Of a stretch of 39,116 nt of DNA, positions 26,520-35,035 are shown piece by piece. Below the pieces are notes generated by a model. That model was not told where the DNA came from, ran no database searches, and worked only from the letters and a program-made list of their open reading frames with translations. Where the stretch lies: IMG/VR virus record IMGVR_UViG_3300020045_005706, positions 1-39,116 of that record. One strand, given 5' to 3'. A program made the translations under genes and the position numbers. How positions within the stretch are numbered: position 1 is the stretch's first letter; each line of letters begins with the position of its first letter. The stretch comes from a virus. Lineage: Duplodnaviria > Caudoviricetes.

Positions 26520-29320
26520 TGGTAAGTTTAGCGGATGTTTTAGACGCACAAGCACAGGTTGAAAGTGGCGGAAACCCACGCGCCAGAAGTTACAAAAATG
26601 CTCAAGGACTCCACCAGTTTATGCCAGCTACTTGGAAGCAATACGGCAACGGTAAAGATATTAATGACCCTGTAGCGAACCGAGACGCGGCGGCGCGTTA
26701 TTTAACCGACTTGTATAATAAACATGGCTCTTTGCCGCTTGCACTGGCTGCATATAACGGCGGTGATGGTGGCGCAAACTTTTTAAGGAAAAATCCTTAT
26801 TTAATGCACCACCCCGACAAGAAAGCCCCAATAAACCAATGGCGACACCAAACGGCGGATTATGTGAATAAAATCATGAGCAGATTACCCGCAGATAGTA
26901 CAGGTGGCGGACAGTCAAGCGGTGCAGGTGGCGCGGGCAATGATGACGAATGGGAAGATGTAACACCAGCGGCACAGGCTACCACCAATAATACAGCCGA
27001 TGAATGGGAAGACGTAACGCCGACAGCAGCACCGATACAAGCAGCACAACCCGAACAAAAACAGCCTATGAGTTGGGGTGACGTTGCAAGCGGCGCAGTA
27101 TCTAACATCATCCCCAGCACAGGGCGGATGATTGGCGGATTAGCAGAAGCGGCAATGCACCCTATTGATACCGCGCAATCAGTAGGTACTTTAGTTAATC
27201 AAGGGCTGGAACATTTAGTGCCAGAATCGGCGCGTGGAGATACCAGTCAAGCCGACGCATTAGCCGACGCATACAAACAGCGGTATGGCGGTGTTGAAAA
27301 TATCAAGCACTCAATAGCCGAAGACCCAGCCAGCGTTTTAATGGACGCTTCAATGGTTTTTGGTGGTGTGGGTGCAGGTGCGAGAGCGGCTAATTTACCG
27401 CGTGTCGCAAGTTTGGCAGATAAAGCGGCTATTAATATAAACCCGTTAATGTTGCCAGTAAAAGGCGCACGATTGGCGGGTAAAACGGTACAGGGCATAG
27501 GCAGTAATGTTGTAGCACCCATTTTAGGAAAGACCACAGGCGCGGGAACTGAATCAATTAGACGTGCGGCGGCAGCAGGTGCAGAGGGTGGCGATGCTGA
27601 ACAGGCGTTAATCAGCACAATGCGAGGCAAACAAGGTGCGGAGGAAACTTTGCAAGGTGCAAAAACAGCCCATGCCAATATGTACGGCGAAAACTCAGCG
27701 CAGTATAAAGCCGATTTAGCCCCCGTTTTTGCGGATAAAACTGTACTAGATTTTAAGCCTATACGCGCGGCGATGGATGATATTGATAACGCTGGACAGT
27801 ATAAAGGCGTGAACATTAACACTAAGACCAGCGGCATTAAAGCAGAACTCAAACAAGTTATTGACGAGTGGGAAGCATTACCCGCAAATGAATATCACAC
27901 GGTGGAGGGGTTGGACAGTCTTAAAAAATCATTGGGCGAAGTGCGAGACGCTACCGAACCGCGTACACCACAGCGGATTATTGCCGATAAAGCCTATAAT
28001 GCAGTCAAAACGCAGATAGAGAAACAAGCACCCGCTTATGGTGACGCAATGAAGCGTTACGGCACAGCAGCGGCACTGAATAAAGAAATAAGCAAGGCAT
28101 TATCACTGGGAGACAAGACGGCAGCGGATACCGCAATCAGAAAATTACAGTCTGTCATGCGTAACGATGCAAATACCAATTATGGTCATCGGGTTTCGTT
28201 AGTAGATAAATTGACCGAGAACGGCGCACCGTATTTAATGGAGGAGTTGGCGGGTATGTCGTTAAACGCACCTATGCCGCGTGGTATCGCTGGCGGTGTA
28301 TTGCCAGCATCAATGACGGGGGCGACTTTGGCAGGTTGGGCTGGTGTACCATCAATAGCAGGGGCATTACTTACAAGTAGTCCGCGCGTAGTCGGCGAAA
28401 TGGCTTTGAAAGCTGGACAGGCTAAAAGGTTATTGACAGCACCACAACGCGCAGTTAGTAAACTTTTTAAGGGCAAACAACCGCCAGCAGCAAGCGCAAT
28501 TACACCAGATGAACCAACGCCACCTATTGCGCCACAACCAGCACCACGAAGCTTAGCCGATGCTTTACAACTGACAGATAACGCAGGAAGCGGAACAATG
28601 ATTAAACTGTCTGACGGTTCGACCATCACCCGCGCGGATCGTGTTAAACAGTTGGTTGAAGATAAGGGTTACAGCAAAGCGGACGCGATAGCCAAGGCTG
28701 ATTTTGAAGCGGTAAACCCTGCTAAAACTCCACCACAACCAACGCAAATACACGGTAAAGGCACTATAAGACTGGGAAGCGACAAACCAAAAGTAAAACA
28801 ATTACCGCCTGAACGACTAGGCGAAACGGTGAAGAATGAGCGTGGCACGTTTGAAAAATTCGCCAGTGAGCAGGAGGCGTTAGACTTTGCGGAAGCACAC
28901 GGTATAGCGGCGACTCATGAGCCTAAGATGCTGTTTGGTGCGTATCAGCTCAATGCGAAGCCTAAGCCTAGCCTAGCCGATAAAATCACGCCACCAGCTC
29001 AAAAAGGCGCAGGAATTAAAGACACTGACGACCTTTTAACCGCTATTAAAAAGTTAGGCGGTATTGATGCAGAGATAGCCGAGGGAATAGAAAAACACTC
29101 AGTTATTAGCAAGACAGGGCGCAGTTATGACGATTTAGCCGAAAGTTTACGCGACTATGGCTATGATGTGACGGACGCTAACGACCTAATCGACAAGGTG
29201 TCACGGTCAGTGAATCAAGGTGAGAAAATACATACGGCAAACGGCAGCGCGGCGAAAGCAGCAAAAGATTTTAAAGCGCGGTCTTTAGCTGATAAACTCA
29301 ACAACAAACAGGAAAAATAA
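26519..29320 (+). CDS. Large ejection protein with N-terminal lytic transglycosylase (SLT) domain
   Basis: VESGGNP.A.S...AQGL.QFMPAT and ALAAYNGG motifs, then a linker with DEWEDVTP twice and an A/G-rich body. Confidence 0.85.
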   Translation: MVSLADVLDAQAQVESGGNPRARSYKNAQGLHQFMPATWKQYGNGKDINDPVANRDAAARYLTDLYNKHGSLPLALAAYNGGDGGANFLRKNPYLMHHPDKKAPINQWRHQTADYVNKIMSRLPADSTGGGQSSGAGGAGNDDEWEDVTPAAQATTNNTADEWEDVTPTAAPIQAAQPEQKQPMSWGDVASGAVSNIIPSTGRMIGGLAEAAMHPIDTAQSVGTLVNQGLEHLVPESARGDTSQADALADAYKQRYGGVENIKHSIAEDPASVLMDASMVFGGVGAGARAANLPRVASLADKAAININPLMLPVKGARLAGKTVQGIGSNVVAPILGKTTGAGTESIRRAAAAGAEGGDAEQALISTMRGKQGAEETLQGAKTAHANMYGENSAQYKADLAPVFADKTVLDFKPIRAAMDDIDNAGQYKGVNINTKTSGIKAELKQVIDEWEALPANEYHTVEGLDSLKKSLGEVRDATEPRTPQRIIADKAYNAVKTQIEKQAPAYGDAMKRYGTAAALNKEISKALSLGDKTAADTAIRKLQSVMRNDANTNYGHRVSLVDKLTENGAPYLMEELAGMSLNAPMPRGIAGGVLPASMTGATLAGWAGVPSIAGALLTSSPRVVGEMALKAGQAKRLLTAPQRAVSKLFKGKQPPAASAITPDEPTPPIAPQPAPRSLADALQLTDNAGSGTMIKLSDGSTITRADRVKQLVEDKGYSKADAIAKADFEAVNPAKTPPQPTQIHGKGTIRLGSDKPKVKQLPPERLGETVKNERGTFEKFASEQEALDFAEAHGIAATHEPKMLFGAYQLNAKPKPSLADKITPPAQKGAGIKDTDDLLTAIKKLGGIDAEIAEGIEKHSVISKTGRSYDDLAESLRDYGYDVTDANDLIDKVSRSVNQGEKIHTANGSAAKAAKDFKARSLADKLNNKQEK

Positions 29321-30747
29321 TGGCTACCACCTTCTTATCTAGCTGGTTTAACGAAACAAACTCACTAAACGGCGGCTTACCCAATAACGGCGGCAGTGTA
29401 ACTATATACCTTACTGGAACAACGACACCCGCAGCGGTCTATGTTGACGAGTTGGGCATTATTGCCAACACTAACCCAGTGATGTTAAACAGCCAAGGCT
29501 ACCCCGTGCAGCCTATCTGGTTAGACATCCTTGATAACTATGATGCAATCGTTAAAGACGCGCTAGGCAATGTCATTTATGAGCTTGACTATATCGGCAT
29601 ACCACCAGCGAACCCAGCGGCAGCCAGTGAGTTGGGCGTATGGATTGCCACTACCACGCCAATTAGCACCGTAGGTAGCGAAACTTTTACGATTGCTGGC
29701 GTATGGGATGTGATTTTCACTGCTGGTCGGCGCATGAAGTTTGGCGTTAGTAATAATAAATACGGTACAATCCAAACAGCAACTTATGACGGTGGTACAG
29801 ACTTAACAACTGTTGTTATGCTAATGGACGGCACAAGTACAATTACTGAATACACAACACAGGCTTATTATTCGGTACTTGATAGCATCAATGTAGCCGT
29901 TCCAAAAATAAATTATTTTGCTGAAAACACGGGAACAAGTGACGCGCTAATCGTCAATTTTAACCCTGCTTTTATACCTAACGATAGCGGTACACGCTTT
30001 ACTGTCAAAACAACAGCAGCGAATACAACCACCACGCCCACATTGACTATTGACGACACGACACCGATAACGATTGTAAAAAATGGCGGAGGTGTGCTTG
30101 GTGTGGGTGAAATACCGCAATATGCAGAATTTATCTATGATGTAGCGACAGACAAGGCGGTGTTGCTTAATACATCAACAAGCAGTAATGATGCAAAGTG
30201 GGCAGCGTTTCCTGTCGGCTACACACAGCCTTTTATCCCTGCAATAATGGGAACGACACTAGCGGCGTGGTTAGCGGATCATACTGACTGGGTAAAACTA
30301 AGTAATGCTCATGTGACAGGAATAGAGGGTTGCGCTATGGCGGTATCAAGTGCCACGCATTTAGGCAATACAATTTATGGTAATGATGACGCAATTGTGC
30401 CAAGTCACACCCACGCAGGAAGTACGGTAGCGAGTCATAATCACCCTGGTAGTGCGGGCGGGTCACATACTCATGCAGTTAGCGATCCCGGGCATGGTCA
30501 TAATCTGTTGAATGGTGCGGTTGCTAATCCATCATTATCATTTGCAGGTACGGCAGCAGTAGGCGTATGGCTTGGCACAGCGACCGCAGAAAATAGCGTT
30601 ACAGGCGTATCAATTAGCCCAGCATCGGCAGACGTGTCGATAGCTTATGAAGCACCAGCAGTGACAGTTGCTACCGCTGGTGTAAGTGTCACTAATGCGA
30701 ATATTCAGCGCACCGTGTATTTTGATTATATTTGTAAAATAGCTTAA
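29320..30747 (+). CDS. Tail fibre/spike with head-binding-like N-terminus and HxH-repeat tip
   Basis: G.P..GG.V..Y..GTTTP...NP..LN..G N-terminal pattern; C-terminal HTH, HNH, HTH and HGH motifs. Confidence 0.8.
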   Translation: MATTFLSSWFNETNSLNGGLPNNGGSVTIYLTGTTTPAAVYVDELGIIANTNPVMLNSQGYPVQPIWLDILDNYDAIVKDALGNVIYELDYIGIPPANPAAASELGVWIATTTPISTVGSETFTIAGVWDVIFTAGRRMKFGVSNNKYGTIQTATYDGGTDLTTVVMLMDGTSTITEYTTQAYYSVLDSINVAVPKINYFAENTGTSDALIVNFNPAFIPNDSGTRFTVKTTAANTTTTPTLTIDDTTPITIVKNGGGVLGVGEIPQYAEFIYDVATDKAVLLNTSTSSNDAKWAAFPVGYTQPFIPAIMGTTLAAWLADHTDWVKLSNAHVTGIEGCAMAVSSATHLGNTIYGNDDAIVPSHTHAGSTVASHNHPGSAGGSHTHAVSDPGHGHNLLNGAVANPSLSFAGTAAVGVWLGTATAENSVTGVSISPASADVSIAYEAPAVTVATAGVSVTNANIQRTVYFDYICKIA

Positions 30748-30753
30748 TGTTTA

Positions 30754-30785
30754 AGCCGTTTAGCCTTGGTTAAGACTAAGCGGCT
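30754..30785. terminator. Hairpin between convergent operons
   Basis: AGCCGTTTAG...CTAAGCGGCT at the junction of late (+) and (-) strand genes. Confidence 0.55.
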
Positions 30786-31077
30786 ATTTAAGCATTGATT
30801 TAGCTATTTCACAATCACCGATAACGATTTCATACATCACGCGGTAATTTACATTGTCGCTTATTTTTCGTTTAAAATTTCTAGCCCTCCATTTTAAAGA
30901 AGCCACAATATCCCGCGCTTCTTGTCCGCCTTTGCGTGGGGTGCGGATTGCTGTGATTTCATCAAAATAAAAATTGCCAGTTTTTGAATAAATCATATTT
31001 ATTCCTACTTTAGTAATAATTGATGGTTGACCATAGACAATTACCATATCACCAACTGCGAACGGTCGATTAGCCAT
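30784..31077 (-). CDS. Hypothetical protein
   Basis: ATG ORF overlapping the upstream stop; F.VGD.V N-terminus. Confidence 0.65.
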   Translation of the reverse strand: MANRPFAVGDMVIVYGQPSIITKVGINMIYSKTGNFYFDEITAIRTPRKGGQEARDIVASLKWRARNFKRKISDNVNYRVMYEIVIGDCEIAKSMLK

Positions 31078-31417
31078 TATTACCCCATTGTTTACTAAGC
31101 AAGTAGCAGCGTAGGACTGCTTCCCCGATTGTTTTCCCGTGCGCCATAAAAAAATTATCGCCTGTTTCGGTTCTAATGGCTTTTTCAGATTCCCATAAAT
31201 CAGGCGCGCATGGGAGGACGCTTATTTTTTCGCGTTCTATAATTTCCAAAAGCTGTTTTCCATTGGTTGATGGGTGGTAACGACTCCATAACTCAACATT
31301 ATAGCTCCACACTTTATAACTTGTTAGCGTTTCTAGCACTTCGCTCCACCCATGCGCAACAGCAACCGCACAATCCAGCGCATCACCTTCTAAAGTCATT
31401 ATTTCATCGTTAGTCAT
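31070..31417 (-). CDS. NinX/DUF2591-like protein
   Basis: LEGDALD.AVA.A.GW...Y.PST......IIEREKI...G.T...A.LRC pattern. Confidence 0.7.
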   Translation of the reverse strand: MTNDEIMTLEGDALDCAVAVAHGWSEVLETLTSYKVWSYNVELWSRYHPSTNGKQLLEIIEREKISVLPCAPDLWESEKAIRTETGDNFFMAHGKTIGEAVLRCYLLSKQWGNNG

Positions 31418-31571
31418 TATCGTACTCCTTTAAATTACCAAAAATAGCAAGGACAAAAAACGCATCAATCGCACCGATAATAAAATACAGCTCTGGGATT
31501 GCAATAATTTTATGAGCTACAAAAGAAATGACTAACGAAACAATAATTGCCGATAAGTATCTGAATATCAT
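31410..31571 (-). CDS. Small membrane protein (two TM segments)
   Basis: ATG 31571 overlaps the upstream stop; two hydrophobic segments (track start 31625). Confidence 0.6.
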   Translation of the reverse strand: MIFRYLSAIIVSLVISFVAHKIIAIPELYFIIGAIDAFFVLAIFGNLKEYDND

Positions 31572-32098
31572 ATCTCTGCCTTTTTGGGGTATTTCATTCT
31601 GTAATGAACCGTATAATCTGGGCAATCATTAGTTAAAAAATCCCACTCGCCCCATTCTTTACCGTTAAACCACTCTACAACATCACCATTTTTCGCCCTT
31701 TCAAGGTCAAATGGTAGGGCGGCTGAGTTTTTGCGTCTATACTCTGGAACGCCTTGAGTTATCGCGTCATTAAAAGCGGCGTTACTTTCAAACACTGTAA
31801 ATTTTTCAAAGTTAAATCCATCTCTAAATTCCCACATTAAATAGGCATTATCACCATAAATTTTTACATCGTGGTCGAATAGCTCTATGAATGGCTTTAG
31901 TTTAATATCCTGCAAAGGCATAAACTGCCATATTTCTTCGGCGGTTAATGGCGTTAATCCGTCTATTTCTTCTTGAGAGAATTCAGTTATATGTCGCTGT
32001 TCAATGACGAATATCTCACTAAATTCACAATTATCATCGTGTATTCTGCATAATATTCCATTTTTAGGTATGTTTTCGTACCATTCTTTTTTATTCAT
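31568..32098 (-). CDS. Hypothetical protein
   Basis: ATG with GGTGA RBS; contains a PFDLERAK.G motif. Confidence 0.7.
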   Translation of the reverse strand: MNKKEWYENIPKNGILCRIHDDNCEFSEIFVIEQRHITEFSQEEIDGLTPLTAEEIWQFMPLQDIKLKPFIELFDHDVKIYGDNAYLMWEFRDGFNFEKFTVFESNAAFNDAITQGVPEYRRKNSAALPFDLERAKNGDVVEWFNGKEWGEWDFLTNDCPDYTVHYRMKYPKKAEI

Positions 32099-32123
32099 AA
32101 ATCACCAATTATCTGCGTTGTAG

Positions 32124-33176
32124 TTAAACTGCCTGTTGTGCGTTGATTGCTTGCAACACTAAAAGGTGTTGTTGTGCTGCTTGTTCGTTATCATGTAGTA
32201 AATTTAGACTCAACCACATTAAATCCTGACCACAATTATTGTTAAAAATATTTGTGTATATTTCGCCACTGTCTACATGCACTAAGTACGTTTCAGTATT
32301 ATCCGCACATAATTTAATTGGCTCTGGATATTCAAAAACTGTGCCATTTTGTAGGGTTATTTTGCAGGTGCGTGGGCGTAGGCGGTATTCATTGGAATCT
32401 ATCCACTCTGGATTATCTGAGTCAAACCACTGACTACCGCGTGCTTTGGATTGCCAACGCAATTTATCAGCATCACTACAACCGTGCCACTGGATTATTA
32501 GGTCGCGGTGCGGGTGTTGTCGGTATAACCAAAACGCATCAAATATTGGCTTATTTTCCCACTCAAGATTATGCCAAACTGGTTTATCAATTAATGGGTC
32601 TGAAAATTGCCACAACTTAAACCAAAAATCAGGATAATCACGTTTATCTTGCTCACACTGCATGATAATATCGGCGAGTGGGTGGCGGCGGTAATAACGA
32701 GGGTTATCGCTTTGAGGTGGCATAATACATTGTCCCCATTTTTCACGATTAATCCCATCAAGTCCCATGCACTCTGAATACATGGCTTCCCATCCATAAA
32801 ACCACACCTGAGGATAAGCCGCTTTATCGGCTTTGGCTTGTGCGATTAGATCTTCCAATGTGTCTCCCGCTTCCAGTCTTGCCCTCGCCAGCCACGCATC
32901 CTCAGCCTTTTCAATCCCTTCGTAGTACGACACAGGGTGATCTGTTTTATCCCACCATTTTTTAAATGCCTCTAGTTCTTTTTTTTCTTGTTCAGTCACC
33001 AGTTCTTCTCGCTGGTCATTGGTAGTATTTGGAACAATATTTAGCAGACAATTAACGACCATCCCGCTTTTATCATCGAAAATGTGTGTTGTGACATCGC
33101 CTTGATAAATTTCTGCGATTTTAAATCCTACTGGTACTATTACATTAATTTCAATTTTTTGTTTTTCATTTTCCAT
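32124..33176 (-). CDS. Hypothetical Trp-rich protein with internal repeats
   Basis: GGAG RBS before ATG 33176 (track start 33221); repeated DK..YP..WF..W...YR.HP..D.I.Q unit. Confidence 0.75.
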   Translation of the reverse strand: MENEKQKIEINVIVPVGFKIAEIYQGDVTTHIFDDKSGMVVNCLLNIVPNTTNDQREELVTEQEKKELEAFKKWWDKTDHPVSYYEGIEKAEDAWLARARLEAGDTLEDLIAQAKADKAAYPQVWFYGWEAMYSECMGLDGINREKWGQCIMPPQSDNPRYYRRHPLADIIMQCEQDKRDYPDFWFKLWQFSDPLIDKPVWHNLEWENKPIFDAFWLYRQHPHRDLIIQWHGCSDADKLRWQSKARGSQWFDSDNPEWIDSNEYRLRPRTCKITLQNGTVFEYPEPIKLCADNTETYLVHVDSGEIYTNIFNNNCGQDLMWLSLNLLHDNEQAAQQHLLVLQAINAQQAV

Positions 33177-33318
33177 CGTTATAACTCCAATATGGTAATA
33201 ATTGACTTCTACGCGGTGCAATCACAAGTTGCTGTGTGTTGCGTGGTTGGCTCTTTTTGTTGGCAGTGACAGGAGGTTATGGCGTTTGTCAGCGGTTTGT
33301 TGGGCTGGTGTTTTCAAT

Positions 33319-33456
33319 TCAAACCTCATTAATCAAAAAGCATAAGCCTATAAAAACCATCGTCTTTAATAATCCAATATCAGGATTTAAAATATCTGCT
33401 ATAAAAAGTGATATTACAAGCCAATATGTTACGCCGCGCCTAATTTCTTTATTCAT
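33319..33456 (-). CDS. Small membrane protein (45 aa)
   Basis: MNKEIRRGVTYWLVISLFIADILNPDIGLLKTMVFIGLCFLINEV; ATGA-coupled to the upstream ORF. Confidence 0.5.
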   Translation of the reverse strand: MNKEIRRGVTYWLVISLFIADILNPDIGLLKTMVFIGLCFLINEV

Positions 33457-33596
33457 TTGTGCGCCCCACGTTGATAAAACGGCTGAACTGATTCAATTGC
33501 GCATAAGTGCAGGTCAAAAACAGATTCCAAAGCCTTGCGATTGAACAATGACATTGTTATTTTGTGCCAGATTGTCTTATTGTTTTTGCGTTTCAT
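33453..33596 (-). CDS. Small hypothetical protein (47 aa)
   Basis: AAGGGG RBS; first ORF after the leftward promoter. Confidence 0.5.
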   Translation of the reverse strand: MKRKNNKTIWHKITMSLFNRKALESVFDLHLCAIESVQPFYQRGAHK

Positions 33597-33640
33597 TTCA
33601 GACCCCTTGTTGTTTAAATTTTACCGTTTCGGTGATTGAA

Positions 33641-33703
33641 ATAATAGCACGATGGATTTTATTGTCAACTTATTCGTCATACATTTGTATGACGTGTTAT
33701 GAT
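33641..33703. promoter_or_regulatory. Divergent promoters with a palindromic operator
   Basis: Minus strand TTGACA (33668-33663), 16 nt, TATTAT with TG extension; plus strand TGtTATGAT (33695-33703); inverted repeat CGTCATACA-TT-TGTATGACG (33675-33694). Confidence 0.65.
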
Positions 33704-33726
33704 AAGCCAACATTAACAAAATAGGA

Positions 33727-33921
33727 ATGATAATGGCAATACAAGTACGACACAAGAAACCACTGCGCAACCGCATAAGCTTTAGGCTGTCGGATGCACA
33801 TTTAGCACGATATGAGTCACATGGTGGCGTTTTATACATCAGAGCGTTGATTGATGCGGATATTGCGCAAGAAGCGCGTAGAGCGAAAACCAAGGGGACA
33901 TATGAATTTAATACATTATAG
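33727..33921 (+). CDS. Small putative regulator, ribbon-helix-helix-like
   Basis: RISFRLSD beta-strand pattern followed by helices (YIRALIDADI); AGGA RBS; lies next to the operator. Confidence 0.55.
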   Translation: MIMAIQVRHKKPLRNRISFRLSDAHLARYESHGGVLYIRALIDADIAQEARRAKTKGTYEFNTL

Positions 33922-34127
33922 AGTAAAAAAAGAAACGATTGACTCTGTGAGTAAATATTATCCGCAATACAAATTTATGCTATTGCCGTTTGTGTGGCTT
34001 TTCCAATAATCTTTTTGCATGAGGAGTGCAAAAAATGAGCAAGCAAAAGGCGGTATAATAACCGCTCACATATCCGTGTGTTACTAAAACAGAACTCACC
34101 ACTGTAAAAGTTGACTAGCATCTATAT

Positions 34128-34165
34128 AAAAAAACCGCAATCAGCAATGATTGCGGGTTTTTTTT
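34128..34165. terminator. Bidirectional Rho-independent terminator
   Basis: A7-CCGCAATCA-GCAA-TGATTGCGG-G-T8 between convergent genes. Confidence 0.85.
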
Positions 34166-34170
34166 GCTTG

Positions 34171-34632
34171 TTATTTTGTATCAATAAACTTCTTTATGTG
34201 CGCATTAACCTGTATCGGCGTAGCGTTATGCCACATAAACTGATTTTTTACCGCAATCCCGCGCACGTTCACACCACCGATTTTCAGCAAGCCACGAAAC
34301 ATCAAATTATTTCTGCCATTTGCCGCAAAGTATTGTTTTGGGCAATGGCGGCTGGTGTGGTGTGATGATAGCCCTAGATATTCTGCAACTTCAGTAACAG
34401 CAAAAACCTCACGCCCTTGTTTTCCCTTCAGGAACTCATCGGGCATACGCATGAATGATTCAATTTCAGCGGTGTAGTGTTCCTTTGCGCTGGTGTTGCG
34501 TGTGTGCTTTTGTTCTGCTGGTTGCTCTGATATTGATTTGTACAGCTTTGCTGTGTGGGCAACAATCCCACCGTAAATAATGCCCACGTTCGGTCTGGTG
34601 CTTTTGTATTGTGTTATGTGATTCATGGTCAA
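34171..34632 (-). CDS. Hypothetical protein, possible HTH-type DNA-binding
   Basis: EVAEYLGLS motif; overlap-coupled to VRR-NUC. Confidence 0.6.
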   Translation of the reverse strand: MTMNHITQYKSTRPNVGIIYGGIVAHTAKLYKSISEQPAEQKHTRNTSAKEHYTAEIESFMRMPDEFLKGKQGREVFAVTEVAEYLGLSSHHTSRHCPKQYFAANGRNNLMFRGLLKIGGVNVRGIAVKNQFMWHNATPIQVNAHIKKFIDTK

Positions 34633-35033
34633 AACTCGCTCAAATAGTTAATAATTTCACGCTTTGCTTCAAGCCACGACCAGCACACAACACACCGATA
34701 CCTCAAAGGCTCATGATGCCAGATAAAATCCTGTTGTTCTTTGCTTAGCTTGTTGCGTCCATATTTTAGTTCTACTACTAATCCGTGATAGCCGTTTGAT
34801 GGATAGAGTAGTAACAAATCTAATACACCAGCTTTTAATCCTGTACGCTTCATTGTTGCCGCTGTTGATGCGCCACGCTTCCCGCCATTCGGGACAGAAA
34901 ATAGCCATTTCAGCATGGGGTATTTAATCATTACTTCTTTTGACTCACACCAAGAAATTAAAGCTGATTGGTGTAAATCTTCGCTGGTTAATGTTTCAAT
35001 CGGGTGCAGGTGGTACGGTATTTTTATTGCCAT
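34629..35033 (-). CDS. VRR-NUC domain nuclease
   Basis: E...Q, VPNGG.R, G.KAGV.DL and ELK......S..Q motifs; GAGGA RBS. Confidence 0.9.
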   Translation of the reverse strand: MAIKIPYHLHPIETLTSEDLHQSALISWCESKEVMIKYPMLKWLFSVPNGGKRGASTAATMKRTGLKAGVLDLLLLYPSNGYHGLVVELKYGRNKLSKEQQDFIWHHEPLRYRCVVCWSWLEAKREIINYLSEF

Positions 35034-35035
35034 TT

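Noticed and set aside
22837-28801. Long antisense ORFs in the tail/ejection module (e.g. 22837-23379, 27247-27852, 28186-28629)
   Set aside because: Shadows of biased sense genes, with no RBS or motifs; same reasoning for 6860-7240, 13467-13799 and 14451-14795.
29320-30747. Diversity-generating retroelement or invertible tail-fibre system
   Set aside because: No reverse transcriptase, invertase or duplicated variable region was seen.
33236-33544. 102-aa plus-strand ORF
   Set aside because: Antisense to small RBS-bearing, overlap-coupled minus-strand ORFs downstream of the leftward promoter.
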